NCBI RefSeq assembly: GCF_006345805.1
Contig: NC_042999.1
Location: forward strand, 144,150,001 to 144,214,000
Direction: 5' to 3'
Source of the DNA: Octopus sinensis
Lineage: Eukaryota
Length of the DNA: 64,000 nt
Part shown: positions 51,507 to 64,000 of the stretch, one piece after another
How positions within the stretch are numbered: the stretch's first letter is position 1
Layout: each line of letters begins with the position of its first letter
Notes under the pieces: generated by a model
Seen by the model: only the letters and a program-made list of their open reading frames with translations
Databases searched by the model: none
What the model was told of the DNA's origin: nothing
Made by a program: the position numbers and the translations under genes

Positions 51507-53431
51507 TTATTTTGTAATGTTTGTGTGGTTTTGTCGATTATAATGATCTTTGTACTTACATGAAACGTTTAGAGTGACGTCAGTCAAAACAAATTTTGTC
51601 TTTGAAACGAGTTCTATGTGAATTCGATTTACTATTGACAAGTTCCCGAAAAGTTTGATTCTATTCACACCTTCGATTAAAAAATACGTATTGTTAAGTA
51701 TTAAGTCTGATTTAGAGACTTTAATGAAGAAGGTTATATCGTCTGTTTTATTTATTTCAAAATGGAAAATAATATCTTGTGGATTAGTTATTTTAATTTG
51801 GACGGTACTGTAATTTCTAGAACTTGCTTGAATCATTATAGCAGATATGCAAAATGAAGGATTGTATGAAAAAAGAGGTGTTTTACCGTCACCAACTTTT
51901 ATATTCGAAAGTGTTTTATTTGTATTCAATAAATAAATATCGTTCGTCAGTATACAAGTTTTGACACCCACCTGTTGAAAAGCCATTCTAAAAGGGTTAA
52001 CATCAAGACCAATATAATAAGCAGCGCGAATAACATCACAAGCTCCGGTTGAAAAATCCGATGTTGGATGCCAATACAAACGATTGGCTAACATAAATGC
52101 GTGATAGGCATCTTTGATTGGAATTCTATAATCCTGGACCACGTAGTAGAATGCTTTGTTATAAATACCACAACCAAAATGAGGGTCTAAGCTTTCGGTG
52201 TAATTATCGTAATGGTTCACAGACAGTTTATCCTTTGAGGGATCATCCAAAGATCTAAATCCTCTATCATCAGATTTTGTTATATACTTCCCTATTGACC
52301 AGTCATTTTGTCCGAGATAAGCTTCCAGAGTTTCACCTGTTATGTCAGAGAATGATTCGTCCATAGAGCCAGACTGTCCGAAATTCAAAAGACAGGAATG
52401 TTGTTCGGTGAAGCCATGTGCCACTTCATGACCTATGATATCAGCCACTGTATAAGGATAAGAAAACTCTCCTCCGTTACCAAAATTGCATTGCTTTCCG
52501 TCCCAGAATGCATTGTCAATATCATAATATACTCCAATTATTAATTTGTTCCGTAAAATTTTAGTCCCGTACCAGGAAAGAAACATATCGAAAAGAGCAC
52601 TGCCGTAATACAGAGCATCACGGGCAGGAGAATTAGCTCCATTAACTGAATCATCAAAATTATCGAAGCATTTATAGCTGACTACATTGTCAGTATCCCT
52701 ATAGGTTGGACGTCCACTAAAATTGAGAACTTTTACATATTGGTTCTCCAGAAAACAGGTATTCCCTTGATTTCTCTTTACAAAAATTTTCCGATTGTCT
52801 CTGCTGTAAACAAACGTTCCACTTTTCTCATTACCACCGTGACCAGTGAGTAAATGGGTAGCAAAAGTATCAAGTTTCGACCATTGTAACAAAATATCTC
52901 CGGTATGAGCGCTTATAAGAAACGCCGGTCGCTTAACCACTTCATCAGTATATATTAGGTAATCAATTTCGTAGATCAAACTTACATCGCCGAAATCATC
53001 AACGTAAACTTTTCTGTGCGAATTATAGTTGTAAATGTTCTTTTTAAACTGACCGTGCCCAGCCGAGATGATTGCAATATCTAAAGCTTCTTCCTTGGTT
53101 AATGTCGCCGATAATAATTTATCCCAGTGATGATAGGTACTCAGCCCCTGGATAACAAAACCGCTTGCCAAACCGGTTAGTTCACCATTAGATTCGATTA
53201 CGACCGAAAGTGTTCCATCGTAGATAGGAATATCTTTGTACAATTGTCGCAACTTTAAGATCCGAAGTCCTTGGCTCGTGTTAAATTGATCAATAACATC
53301 GAAACTGTTCGGTGGCACAAGACCAAAGAGATCTGTGAGTGCAGTTGCTTTATTCAGCCGGTAATTGTATTGTAATTGTTCTTTAACATTAATACGGTTC
53401 AAACGTCGCCCAACGGGTCTCGGCATAAGAA
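51507..53431 (-). CDS. Thermolysin-family (M4) zinc metalloprotease, pseudolysin/vibriolysin-like: propeptide (FTP/PepSY-like) + catalytic domain + ~140-aa C-terminal domain; probably the large last exon of a spliced gene
   Basis: Uninterrupted ~640-codon frame with RQLYKDIPIY (FTP), FLISAHTGDIL (PepSY), GHGGNEKSG, VNGANSP, NAFWDG, HEVAH (52430-52416), GSMDESFSD (third Zn ligand), DPHFGCGIYNKAFY, ANRLYW and AFQQVGV. The 5' boundary is set at a pyrimidine tract + CAG acceptor; the first in-frame ATG is at 53426. Confidence 0.92.
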
Positions 53432-53465
53432 CTGTAGAGACAAAATAAAGAATTAAAATAAGCAA
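53432..53465 (-). promoter_or_regulatory. Candidate 3' splice site (polypyrimidine tract + CAG), phase 1
   Basis: Minus strand TTTTAATTCTTTATTTTGTCTCTACAG|TTCTTATG; the ORF track start here is a TTG. Confidence 0.7.
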
Positions 53466-53724
53466 AGTATATATTCATGCATTTCCATGTGTACACACGC
53501 ACACGCGTGCGCACATACACACACACACACAAACACATTTAATTTCAGTGCAGTTCAAGTATGGGGACATGAAATCCTAAGTAACTGTAGAGGAGTGTAA
53601 GCTGTAGTTATAACCCAACCAGCCAATTTTATTATGATTTACATTATGTTACTCATTCTTCTGAATGAAACGTAAGAGAGTGCAGTAAAATAATTTTATA
53701 CACAATTTCACCTGTTTCATTTTG

Positions 53725-53764
<40 letters not shown>

Positions 53765-53767
53765 TTC

Positions 53768-53799
<32 letters not shown>

Positions 53800-53913
53800 G
53801 CTATATATATATAGAGAGAGAGACACACATACATTCAACACATATACGTGTGGGTGTGGGTGTGTGGGTGTGCATATGTTTATAGGTTTTTTTTTCTATA
53901 TCCTTTTCTACTC

Positions 53914-54095
53914 TAGGCACAAGGCCCGAAATTTGGGGGGAGGGGGTCAGTCAATTAGATCGACCTCAGTACACAACTGGTACTTAATTTATCGACCCCG
54001 AAAGGATGACAAGCAAAGTCGACCTCGGCGGAATTTGAACTCAGAACGTAAAGACAGACGAAAAACCGATAAGAATTTCGCCCGGCGTGCTAACC
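53914..54095 (-). mobile_element. SINE family A
   Basis: Reverse complement of 595-800. Confidence 0.8.
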
Positions 54096-54491
54096 TTTAT
54101 GACTAAGCTCAGAATGCCTCGGTTTGTTTGTTACTGAGGAGACTAGACGAGGTGAAACATTAACATATATTCACGCGCATATGTATGTACATATGTATAT
54201 ATATATGTAGGTACGTATTTTGTATATATTATCACGTTTTTGCTTTTCCATAAATTTGTTAAATGCGCATACAGACATTTAGCGCTCTTCATTTATCATT
54301 GTCATTAGTGACAAGGTTCATTATAGTTCAGATGCTGCGAATAGATCAATCTGCGATATTATCCTACCATCTTCGTTTAGTTAACCTACGATTTCTTCTG
54401 TCTTTAACTAGTCTCTTAAGACATTCTGTTGAGAGGACTTAGTGGAGATTTAATATACCCTAAGAGTTTTAAGATTTTTAGATCATAAATA

Positions 54492-54522
<31 letters not shown>

Positions 54523-54554
54523 CATTAAGATCTAAAATTTATATAAACATATGC

Positions 54555-55826
54555 ACTCGGGGAAGTCAAAAGTTATCCGTACTTTTACCGTTGGCTACAC
54601 TGCCTTCAGCGCTCGCGGGCGAAGAAGTTGGTATTCTTGTGTTTCTGTAACCGAGGTTTGACCTTGATCGCTCCAGTTTTCTTTCTTGTGTTACAGAGTA
54701 AACAAGACCAGACCGCTGGCAGTGTGCAACAATGAAGAACAGAGATCAGTGACCTGATTTTTCTGGTCTGAAACTGTGTCAGGAACTGAAATTCATTGTA
54801 ATTTAGCGCTCTACCGCGTGGAACTGTGTATGAGAGGATCGAGAAGTTTAAAAACGATCGAACAAACGTGAAGCACGAAGAGGGAGCAGAATAACCATCA
54901 ACCTCCACCATTGATGTGAAGATTCAACAAGCTCGAGTGATGGTTCAGTCAAAACAACGAATAGTTATCGATGTTATGTTCTCTGCAAGTAAGTTATAGT
55001 TCTGCATTCGAAATCCTTCGTGACAAACTTCGCTTACGTAAAATATATGCGAGATGGGTACCTAGTGAGCTTACTAAAGCACATAAGTGCAATTGTGTGG
55101 AGATCTGTCAATGCCTACGTGACTGCTACAACGATGAAGTCGAAGCTCTTTTGAAGAGAATAGTTACAGAAGATACAACCTGGGCCCCATCACTTTGAGC
55201 CAGAATCCAAAAGTCAGAGTATAAAGCGGATACACCCGGAATCGCCCACGAAAAAGAAATTCAAGGCTCAACCTTCCATAGGAAAAGTTATGCAACCGTT
55301 TTGGGTAACGCAAAAGGCCTATACCAGAATATTACCTGGAAAAGGGGTCTACAGACATCAGTGTAGGATACAGTGAAATGCTGGTCAACAAAACTGAAAC
55401 CAGCAATTCGCACCAAACATTGAGGTTTATTGTTAAAGCAAGTGTTATTGTTGCACGCCAATGCACGTCCATATATGGCCGCCCATATCGTTGAAATCAT
55501 TGAAAAATTGGAATTCTTGTTACTGGAACACCCTGCATACAGTCCGAATCTTGCCCATTCCATCTATCACCTCTTTGGACCGCTCAAACATTGTTTACGA
55601 GGTCGTTGATTTGCTACAGACGAAGAAACGAAGGAAGCGGCACATAAATGGCTGCGCAACCAACCGAAAACCTTCTCCGATGGAATAAGCAAGCTAGTGG
55701 ACCGCTGGAAGAAGTACATTGAAAAGCATGGAAATTATGTCAAAAAATGATGTAATTGTTCAGCCCTGCTTTATTTTTAATAAATTATGGAAACAAGAAT
55801 GCCTATAATTTTTGTCTTACCATCAT
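54555..55826 (+). mobile_element. Full-length degraded mariner element
   Basis: RKIYARWVPSEL, RIVTEDTTW, HANARPY, HPAYSPNLA, LVDRWKKYIEKHGNYV; decayed TIRs; multiple stops and frameshifts. Confidence 0.88.
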
Positions 55827-55835
55827 ATATATATG

Positions 55836-57685
<1,850 letters not shown>

Positions 57686-57742
57686 TTATATATATATGTG
57701 TAATATATATATTATGTATATATATATATATACATAGATATA

Positions 57743-57815
<73 letters not shown>

Positions 57816-57832
57816 ATATATATTATATATAT

Positions 57833-57865
<33 letters not shown>

Positions 57866-57929
57866 CATATCATATTATATTATATTTATATATTATATTA
57901 CTTTATATCATTTTATATACTATGTTTAC

Positions 57930-58036
57930 TATGTTTTTCAGCGGCAGAAAGATACAAAAGTGACATAAGGCTCGAGAATTTCGTGCATGGCACATATCAC
58001 TGTCACTTTTGTAAATTTCTGCTGCTTAAAAATATA
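57930..58036. repeat. Small fold-back (~35-bp imperfect arms), MITE-like
   Basis: CAGCGGCAGAAAGATACAAAAGTGACA / TGTCACTTTTGTAAATTTCTGCTGCTT. Confidence 0.6.
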
Positions 58037-58115
58037 AATAAGTATATATGGTCATGTATTGATTTCTATTTCTTTTGTCTGTAGTGCTATGTGTGTGTAT
58101 ATATATATATTATAT

Positions 58116-58161
<46 letters not shown>

Positions 58162-58188
58162 ATATATATAATATATATATATATTATA

Positions 58189-58220
<32 letters not shown>

Positions 58221-58690
58221 GTGTATGTATGTATGTATTTATATATATATATATGATGCAACCATAGACATACCATACATAAACATGCTAGCGCGCACAC
58301 ACATACATCCATAGAACATAGAAACCCACACGAATAACTAAACATATTATGTACGTATAAATATATAAACATAAAAGCAAGTAAGAAGAAATTAGAAGTA
58401 AATACTCACTGACAACCAATTCAAAATAACACCAAAAATATATTCTAAAATATAGCATTGTTTAGCATCACTTCCTGCAAAAACACATGGAGCTTGCAGA
58501 CGATTCGTTCGCCATGACGTGTAGGAAAGCTATCCCAGAATTCCTGAAAACACGCAGTTCGTTGAGTTAAGAGCTAATGTCAGTTTATCTGATAATTTTT
58601 TTAAAGTTGTATCAGTCTGGTAGAGAAGTTTATATACGGCAGTAAACTTCGTGGGGAAAAGAAGGAAAGAATATGCAAGCAAACCGAAAC

Positions 58691-58830
<140 letters not shown>

Positions 58831-59046
58831 GAAAGCTGGAAAGTAAAGGAAAGCGGAGAAAAGAAAAGCAGTGAAAACAGAAAAGTTGATAGAAGCACTG
58901 AGAAATACAAAGATATAGAGATTATTGGGGAAAGCGAGGTGGGGGTTGATAGAAAAGAGAGGAGAGAAGAGGAGAAGGAGAAAAATAGATAGATAGGTAT
59001 GAGATAGGTATCTAGGTAAGTATGTAGATACGTTGTTAAGAACAGG

Positions 59047-59148
<102 letters not shown>

Positions 59149-59544
59149 CCTGAAGTTTCAAAAAATTAATTAATTAATTAATTACGGTGAAACATCGATG
59201 AGACTGATTTTGGTGCGATGTGGGTGTAAAAAAAGGTTTAAGTTTCATTTAAAAAATACGCACGAAAACGCACACCTGGACAATTGCTTATAAGACATAC
59301 ATTCACTCACACAAATACAGGACGCACAAATAAAACAATTTTGTTTATGTTGTCAATTGATCTGAAGGAGTACATGAATATTCACGCAATTACATAAATA
59401 CCCTATCAACTACTTAGAAATACATAGACATTCAGATTCATATCGCTGGCCACATGCAGATAGGGATATGCAAGCAAACCTACTCTCACAATCGTATTCA
59501 CACATACACACGAATTACACACACACACACACACACTCTCTCTC

Positions 59545-59575
<31 letters not shown>

Positions 59576-59591
59576 CCCTCTCTCTCTCTCT

Positions 59592-59627
<36 letters not shown>

Positions 59628-59886
59628 CAAACATACAGTGCGTGCGAGCAAATACACCTGCACACGCATAAATAACAATACGAATACGTACACAAACACA
59701 CGATACAAGAAGCGTAAAGATCAGTCGACCATTACCTTTTATCAGCCAAGATATTAAGATGATTATGTATCATATTTACTAATAATATACATATATTTGT
59801 GAGTACGTAGATTATGTATGTATGTATGTATGTATGTATGTATGTATGTATGTTTGTATGTATGTCTGCATGTACATATGTATGTA

Positions 59887-60757
59887 CTAGGGTTGATCAA
59901 TAAGTATCCGGACTGGTGCCATAGTAACGAAGTTAAATCATGCAGAGTAAAGCCGCTTGGCACAGATTGATCTTGAACTCTGCAGTGCATACGCACTAAG
60001 TTTTAACGTTCTAGCTCACCTTCGCTGTTTACAGAACTGTTTGGAAGGAGGATGTGTAGCGTGTGATCGTCGCATTGACCCCGACAGAGAAAGTTGTCAT
60101 GGCGATACCTGCTCAAAGGCCTGCGCAAAGTTGCAGGAAGTGTATGGAGTGAAGTGTATGAGCCGCACACACGTGTACGAGTGGTACAGACATTTCCAAG
60201 ATGGTGGAAAAAATGTCGATACTATCGAACGTTTTCGGAGACCCGCAACCAGCAGAACTGAGAAAAGCATCGCAGATGTGTGTGTAGCTGTGAGGGGAAA
60301 TCGTCGAATCACCATCCGTGAGTTATCAGAGGATGTTCAGATTAGTTACGGTTCAGTTCAGTCCATTATCACTGAAGATTTAGGTATGAGACGTGTATCT
60401 GCCAAAACTGCTCACAGCTAACCAAAAAGACACTCGGGTTTCAGTTGCACAAGATCTCTTTGATTGTATCGAGAACGATGAAAACATTTTGAAAACTTTG
60501 CATAGGCCTCTGAGCAGGTATCGCCAAGCTTTTGGCAAAATTTGATGCAGATTCTCTGCTCAACTTTCTCTGTCATGATCAACGCGACGACCACACGCTA
60601 TACAAGTTCCTTCGAAGCACTGCTGTAAACAGCGAAAGTGAGCTAGAACGTTAAAACGCAGCAGAGTTCAAGCTCGATCTGTGTTAAGGGGCTTTACTCT
60701 GCGTGCTTTAGCTTCGTTACAATGACAACGGTCCGGATACTTATTGATCATCCCTCT
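59887..60757 (+). mobile_element. Non-autonomous mariner derivative whose 3' end is an inverted copy of its 5' end
   Basis: Transposase N-terminus (LQEVYGVKCMSRTHVYEWY..NRRITIREL..LGMRRVSAK); 60494-60757 is the reverse complement of 59887-60132. Confidence 0.88.
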
Positions 60758-60769
60758 GCGATACATTTG

Positions 60770-61085
60770 ATGAAAAAATAGACCATCTCGTCTCGAGATG
60801 TCTTGTGCCGACACCAAACGAATACAAAAATCACCCACGATAGGGTAGGACAGAATTTACATTGGAAAATATGCAAAGATTACAAAATCAGCACTCATGC
60901 TTACTGATATGAACATCATCCGGAATCAGTCGATGAAAGCAAAAATGTCACTATCTTCTGGGATTTTCCAGTCAACACGGACAGAACGATCCGGGTTAAT
61001 CGATAAAGACAGAGAAGAAAATACTTGTACACAAACAGATGTAAGTGTTCCCACTGATGAAAATATATCTGTAAAGGTATTTGAT
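60770..61085 (+). mobile_element. R4/Dong-like CCHC-RLE fragment
   Basis: EKIDHLVSRC..HDRVGQNLHWKIC..VTIFWDFPVNTDRTI..DVSVPTDENISVK. Confidence 0.75.
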
Positions 61086-62665
61086 CAACTCCTGATAGAC
61101 AAAACTGTACTTAGAGACTGCAAGGGGAGGAAAAATAACTTAACCATGTCATGGATCGACTATCGTAAGGCGTACGATATGATACCACATTCTTGGATTA
61201 TGGAATGTATGAACCTATTTGATACTGCATCGAATGTTGAGCGATTACTTGGAAAAAAATATGGCGAATTGGAGGACGGACCTGACAGCATACGGAAGAA
61301 GTTTTGGGACAGTAGAAATCAGGAGCGGCATCTTCGAAGGGGATTGCCTGTCCCCAATGATCTTTGTCATGAGCTCGATACCACTAACACTGGTTCTGAG
61401 GAAAGCAAAAATTGGGTATGTATTTAAAAGCCGCCAACAAAAAGTCAACCATTTGTTATTCATGGATGACCTCAAACTTTATGGTAAAGATGCAGTTCCC
61501 CCATTGATACGGTGTATACCTTCAGTGCTGATATCAGAATGGAGTTCGGACTGAGAAAGTGTGGTGTCTTAGTCTTGAAGAAAAGCAAAATCAAATGTAT
61601 GGACGAACTAACGATACCGTCGAGGGATGTTATGAAGCAGGTAGAAGAGACGGGCTATAAGTACTTGAGGATTTTGGAAATGGAGAAATTGATGGAGAAA
61701 GAAATGACAGAAAAAATTAAGGTGGAGTACTTGCGCAGACTGAGACTGATCTTTAAGTCAAAATTAAACGGACGGAATAAGATTGAAGCTATCAATACCT
61801 GGGCGGTTTCGCTCCTTAGATATGGAGCAGGGGTAATCGCATGCGAACACAGCAGAAGAAAACAACATAATATGGTATGTAAAAAAGCCACTGAAGTAAG
61901 AAGGTCAGGCTTGTGTAGGATGGAAGATTGCAAAGATAAAGCACTGTACAAGCCATTGAAAACGAATGACACTGAAAATAGGTGGGTAAAGAAAAGAATG
62001 GACAATTTCATAGGGATGTTGAAGATAAAACAGAGATAAAAAAAGATGGCTGTGGATGACTAAAAATGATTTAAAACCGGAAACGGAGGCTCTAATCTGT
62101 GCTGCCCAAGAGCAAGAGAAAGTGATAAGTGCAGAATTTGTGGACAAAATGGTGAAAGCGTGTGACATATTCCCAGTCAATGTACGCCACTAACCCAGAA
62201 AGAATATAAGAGACGCCACGACGATATAGCCAGGCTTGTCCATTGGACACTTTGCAACAAGTATGGACTTCACAGGGCAAAAAATTGGTACGACCATAAA
62301 CCCGAAGGCATCATCGAAAATGATAATGCAATGATCAGCCAAACATAGTCTTAATTGAGAAAGAAAGCAAGCTGTGCTGGACCATAGATATAGCATGAGC
62401 AGCTGACAAAAATGTTTGCGATAGGGAAGAAAGAAAAATCGATAGATATGACATGTTAGCTTGGGAGGTAAAGCAGTTATGGTCGATGAAAAAAGTGGTA
62501 GTAGTACCAATAATTGTCGCAGCCCTGGGAACAGTGAGTAAAAATTTTGAGAAAACAGCACTGCTTGGAACCGCTCGAATACTCCGGAAGGTGCTCGAAA
62601 AATAAGGGGTGTTACCTTAGTTCACTAGTAGTACATCTCCAGTGTTAAAATCTGTGCAAAGGCAA
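61083..62665 (+). mobile_element. 5'-truncated, degraded R4/Dong-like retrotransposon ending in (GAT/AAT)n
   Basis: DQLLIDK..WIDYRKAYDMIPHSW, GIFEGDCLSP, NHLLFMDDLKLYG, YKYLRI, KPETEALICAAQEQ, RRHDDIARLVHW, ALLGTARILRKVLE. Confidence 0.9.
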
Positions 62666-62673
62666 TGATGATG

Positions 62674-62784
<111 letters not shown>

Positions 62785-62788
62785 GTGG

Positions 62789-62879
<91 letters not shown>

Positions 62880-63430
62880 TGAACCATTTGATAACCAATA
62901 AATTATTATTCTATAACGGAAGAGAAGTTGCCAGTGAAATGTTAAAAATGGTGGAATCTAAAGTATTTTTACTTAACGTACCGATATCATTTTCATCTAG
63001 ATTTATTATTTATTACGGGCTTGGCGAGAGAGATTTATGGCTTTTAAAAGTAATATATGGTCCGCACAAAGTTTCTACTTTATCATCTATTTTTAAACTA
63101 AGAGCTACTTTTACTTTTTTTGCTTCTAAATTAACAAATACGGTAAGTACCAGAATTGCTTTTTTATATAGGTATTAGTGATATAGTTGAAAAGGTGTCT
63201 ATGTCATTTACGGATATTAGTTTCGCGTATATTTTTGGTCTTGTCTGATTCAAAGGGATTAAGTTTTTAATAAATATATATAAACTATACTTTATGTATT
63301 GAGTACATTTTCTTTCGTTAGATATACAAACGTTCACCAATCCACATGTACTATTCATATGTTTGGGGGTCTAAATGCATGTGTATTTACGTATCTTTGT
63401 ATACATATGCATGTGTGTGTGTGCGAGTAT

Positions 63431-63507
<77 letters not shown>

Positions 63508-63557
63508 GATAGATAGATAGAGATAGATAGATAGATAGATATACGCATATAAAGGTT

Positions 63558-63597
<40 letters not shown>

Positions 63598-64000
63598 ACA
63601 CACACTCAATCTTATTGTAAATGGAATTTAAAGGGCAAAAATGTTGAGATCCCTATGATTTCAAAGCTTAAAAGGTGTTTTACTTTATGCCTCTACTTTT
63701 AACCCAAGAAATAATAACAACATAAAAAACAACATTCATATTCTGCTTGAAAATAAGAATGAGAAATCTTAGAAAATCAACTTATCAAAAGCAAAAAGCA
63801 ACTGAAAACTTTGAAGAACATTCTAACTTCAGCAAAAGTTTTCAAACAAGTGCCCAACCCCAGGATTACTAAATCTGGTAGACAAAACTATGGTACGTGT
63901 TTGTACATAATTGAAGGTTCGGATTTCAAATTTAAAGATGGACAAGTCTTCAAAATGAATAAAATTTCACTTGCAAAAATCAAAATTTAATTTAGGTTTA

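Noticed and set aside
53432-53465. Apparent signal peptide MLILILYFVSTV on the protease ORF
   Set aside because: It starts at TTG and coincides with a polypyrimidine tract/acceptor, so it is most likely intronic.
53649-53720. MKQVKLCIKLFYCTLL.. as the missing first exon of the protease
   Set aside because: The best donor-like GT sites fall in phase 0 or 2, not the required phase 1.
62888-63900. Possible small + strand exons (donor-like GTAAGT at ~63143 and GTACGT at ~63893)
   Set aside because: No recognisable protein similarity or consistent exon chain.

Overview
AT-rich, microsatellite- and transposon-saturated animal DNA. The SINE families and the (TATG)n/(TA)n/(GATA)n/(AAT)n landscape suggest a coleoid cephalopod, most likely Octopus (inferred from pattern recognition, not a database search). 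Only one convincing host protein-coding unit is present: a ~1.9-kb uninterrupted minus-strand exon (51507-53431). It encodes a thermolysin-family (M4) zinc metalloprotease that is colinear with gammaproteobacterial pseudolysin/vibriolysin, yet has a eukaryotic splice acceptor, a poly(A) signal and many N-glycosylation sequons, making it a candidate domesticated horizontal transfer. Other highlights: a 362-bp partially tandem element carrying a minimal hammerhead ribozyme with a U3-A8 core (Penelope/retrozyme-like, 40506-40997); a nearly intact SPIN/Charlie-type hAT transposon with a perfect 8-bp TSD nested in a mariner; R4/Dong-like and Tx1-like retrotransposons that sit in (TACA)n or (AAT)n arrays, one family carrying (TACA)n itself; a Merlin-like MITE with TTAGGG repeats; many fold-back MITEs and four SINE families. 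Most ORFs in the supplied track are microsatellite artefacts.
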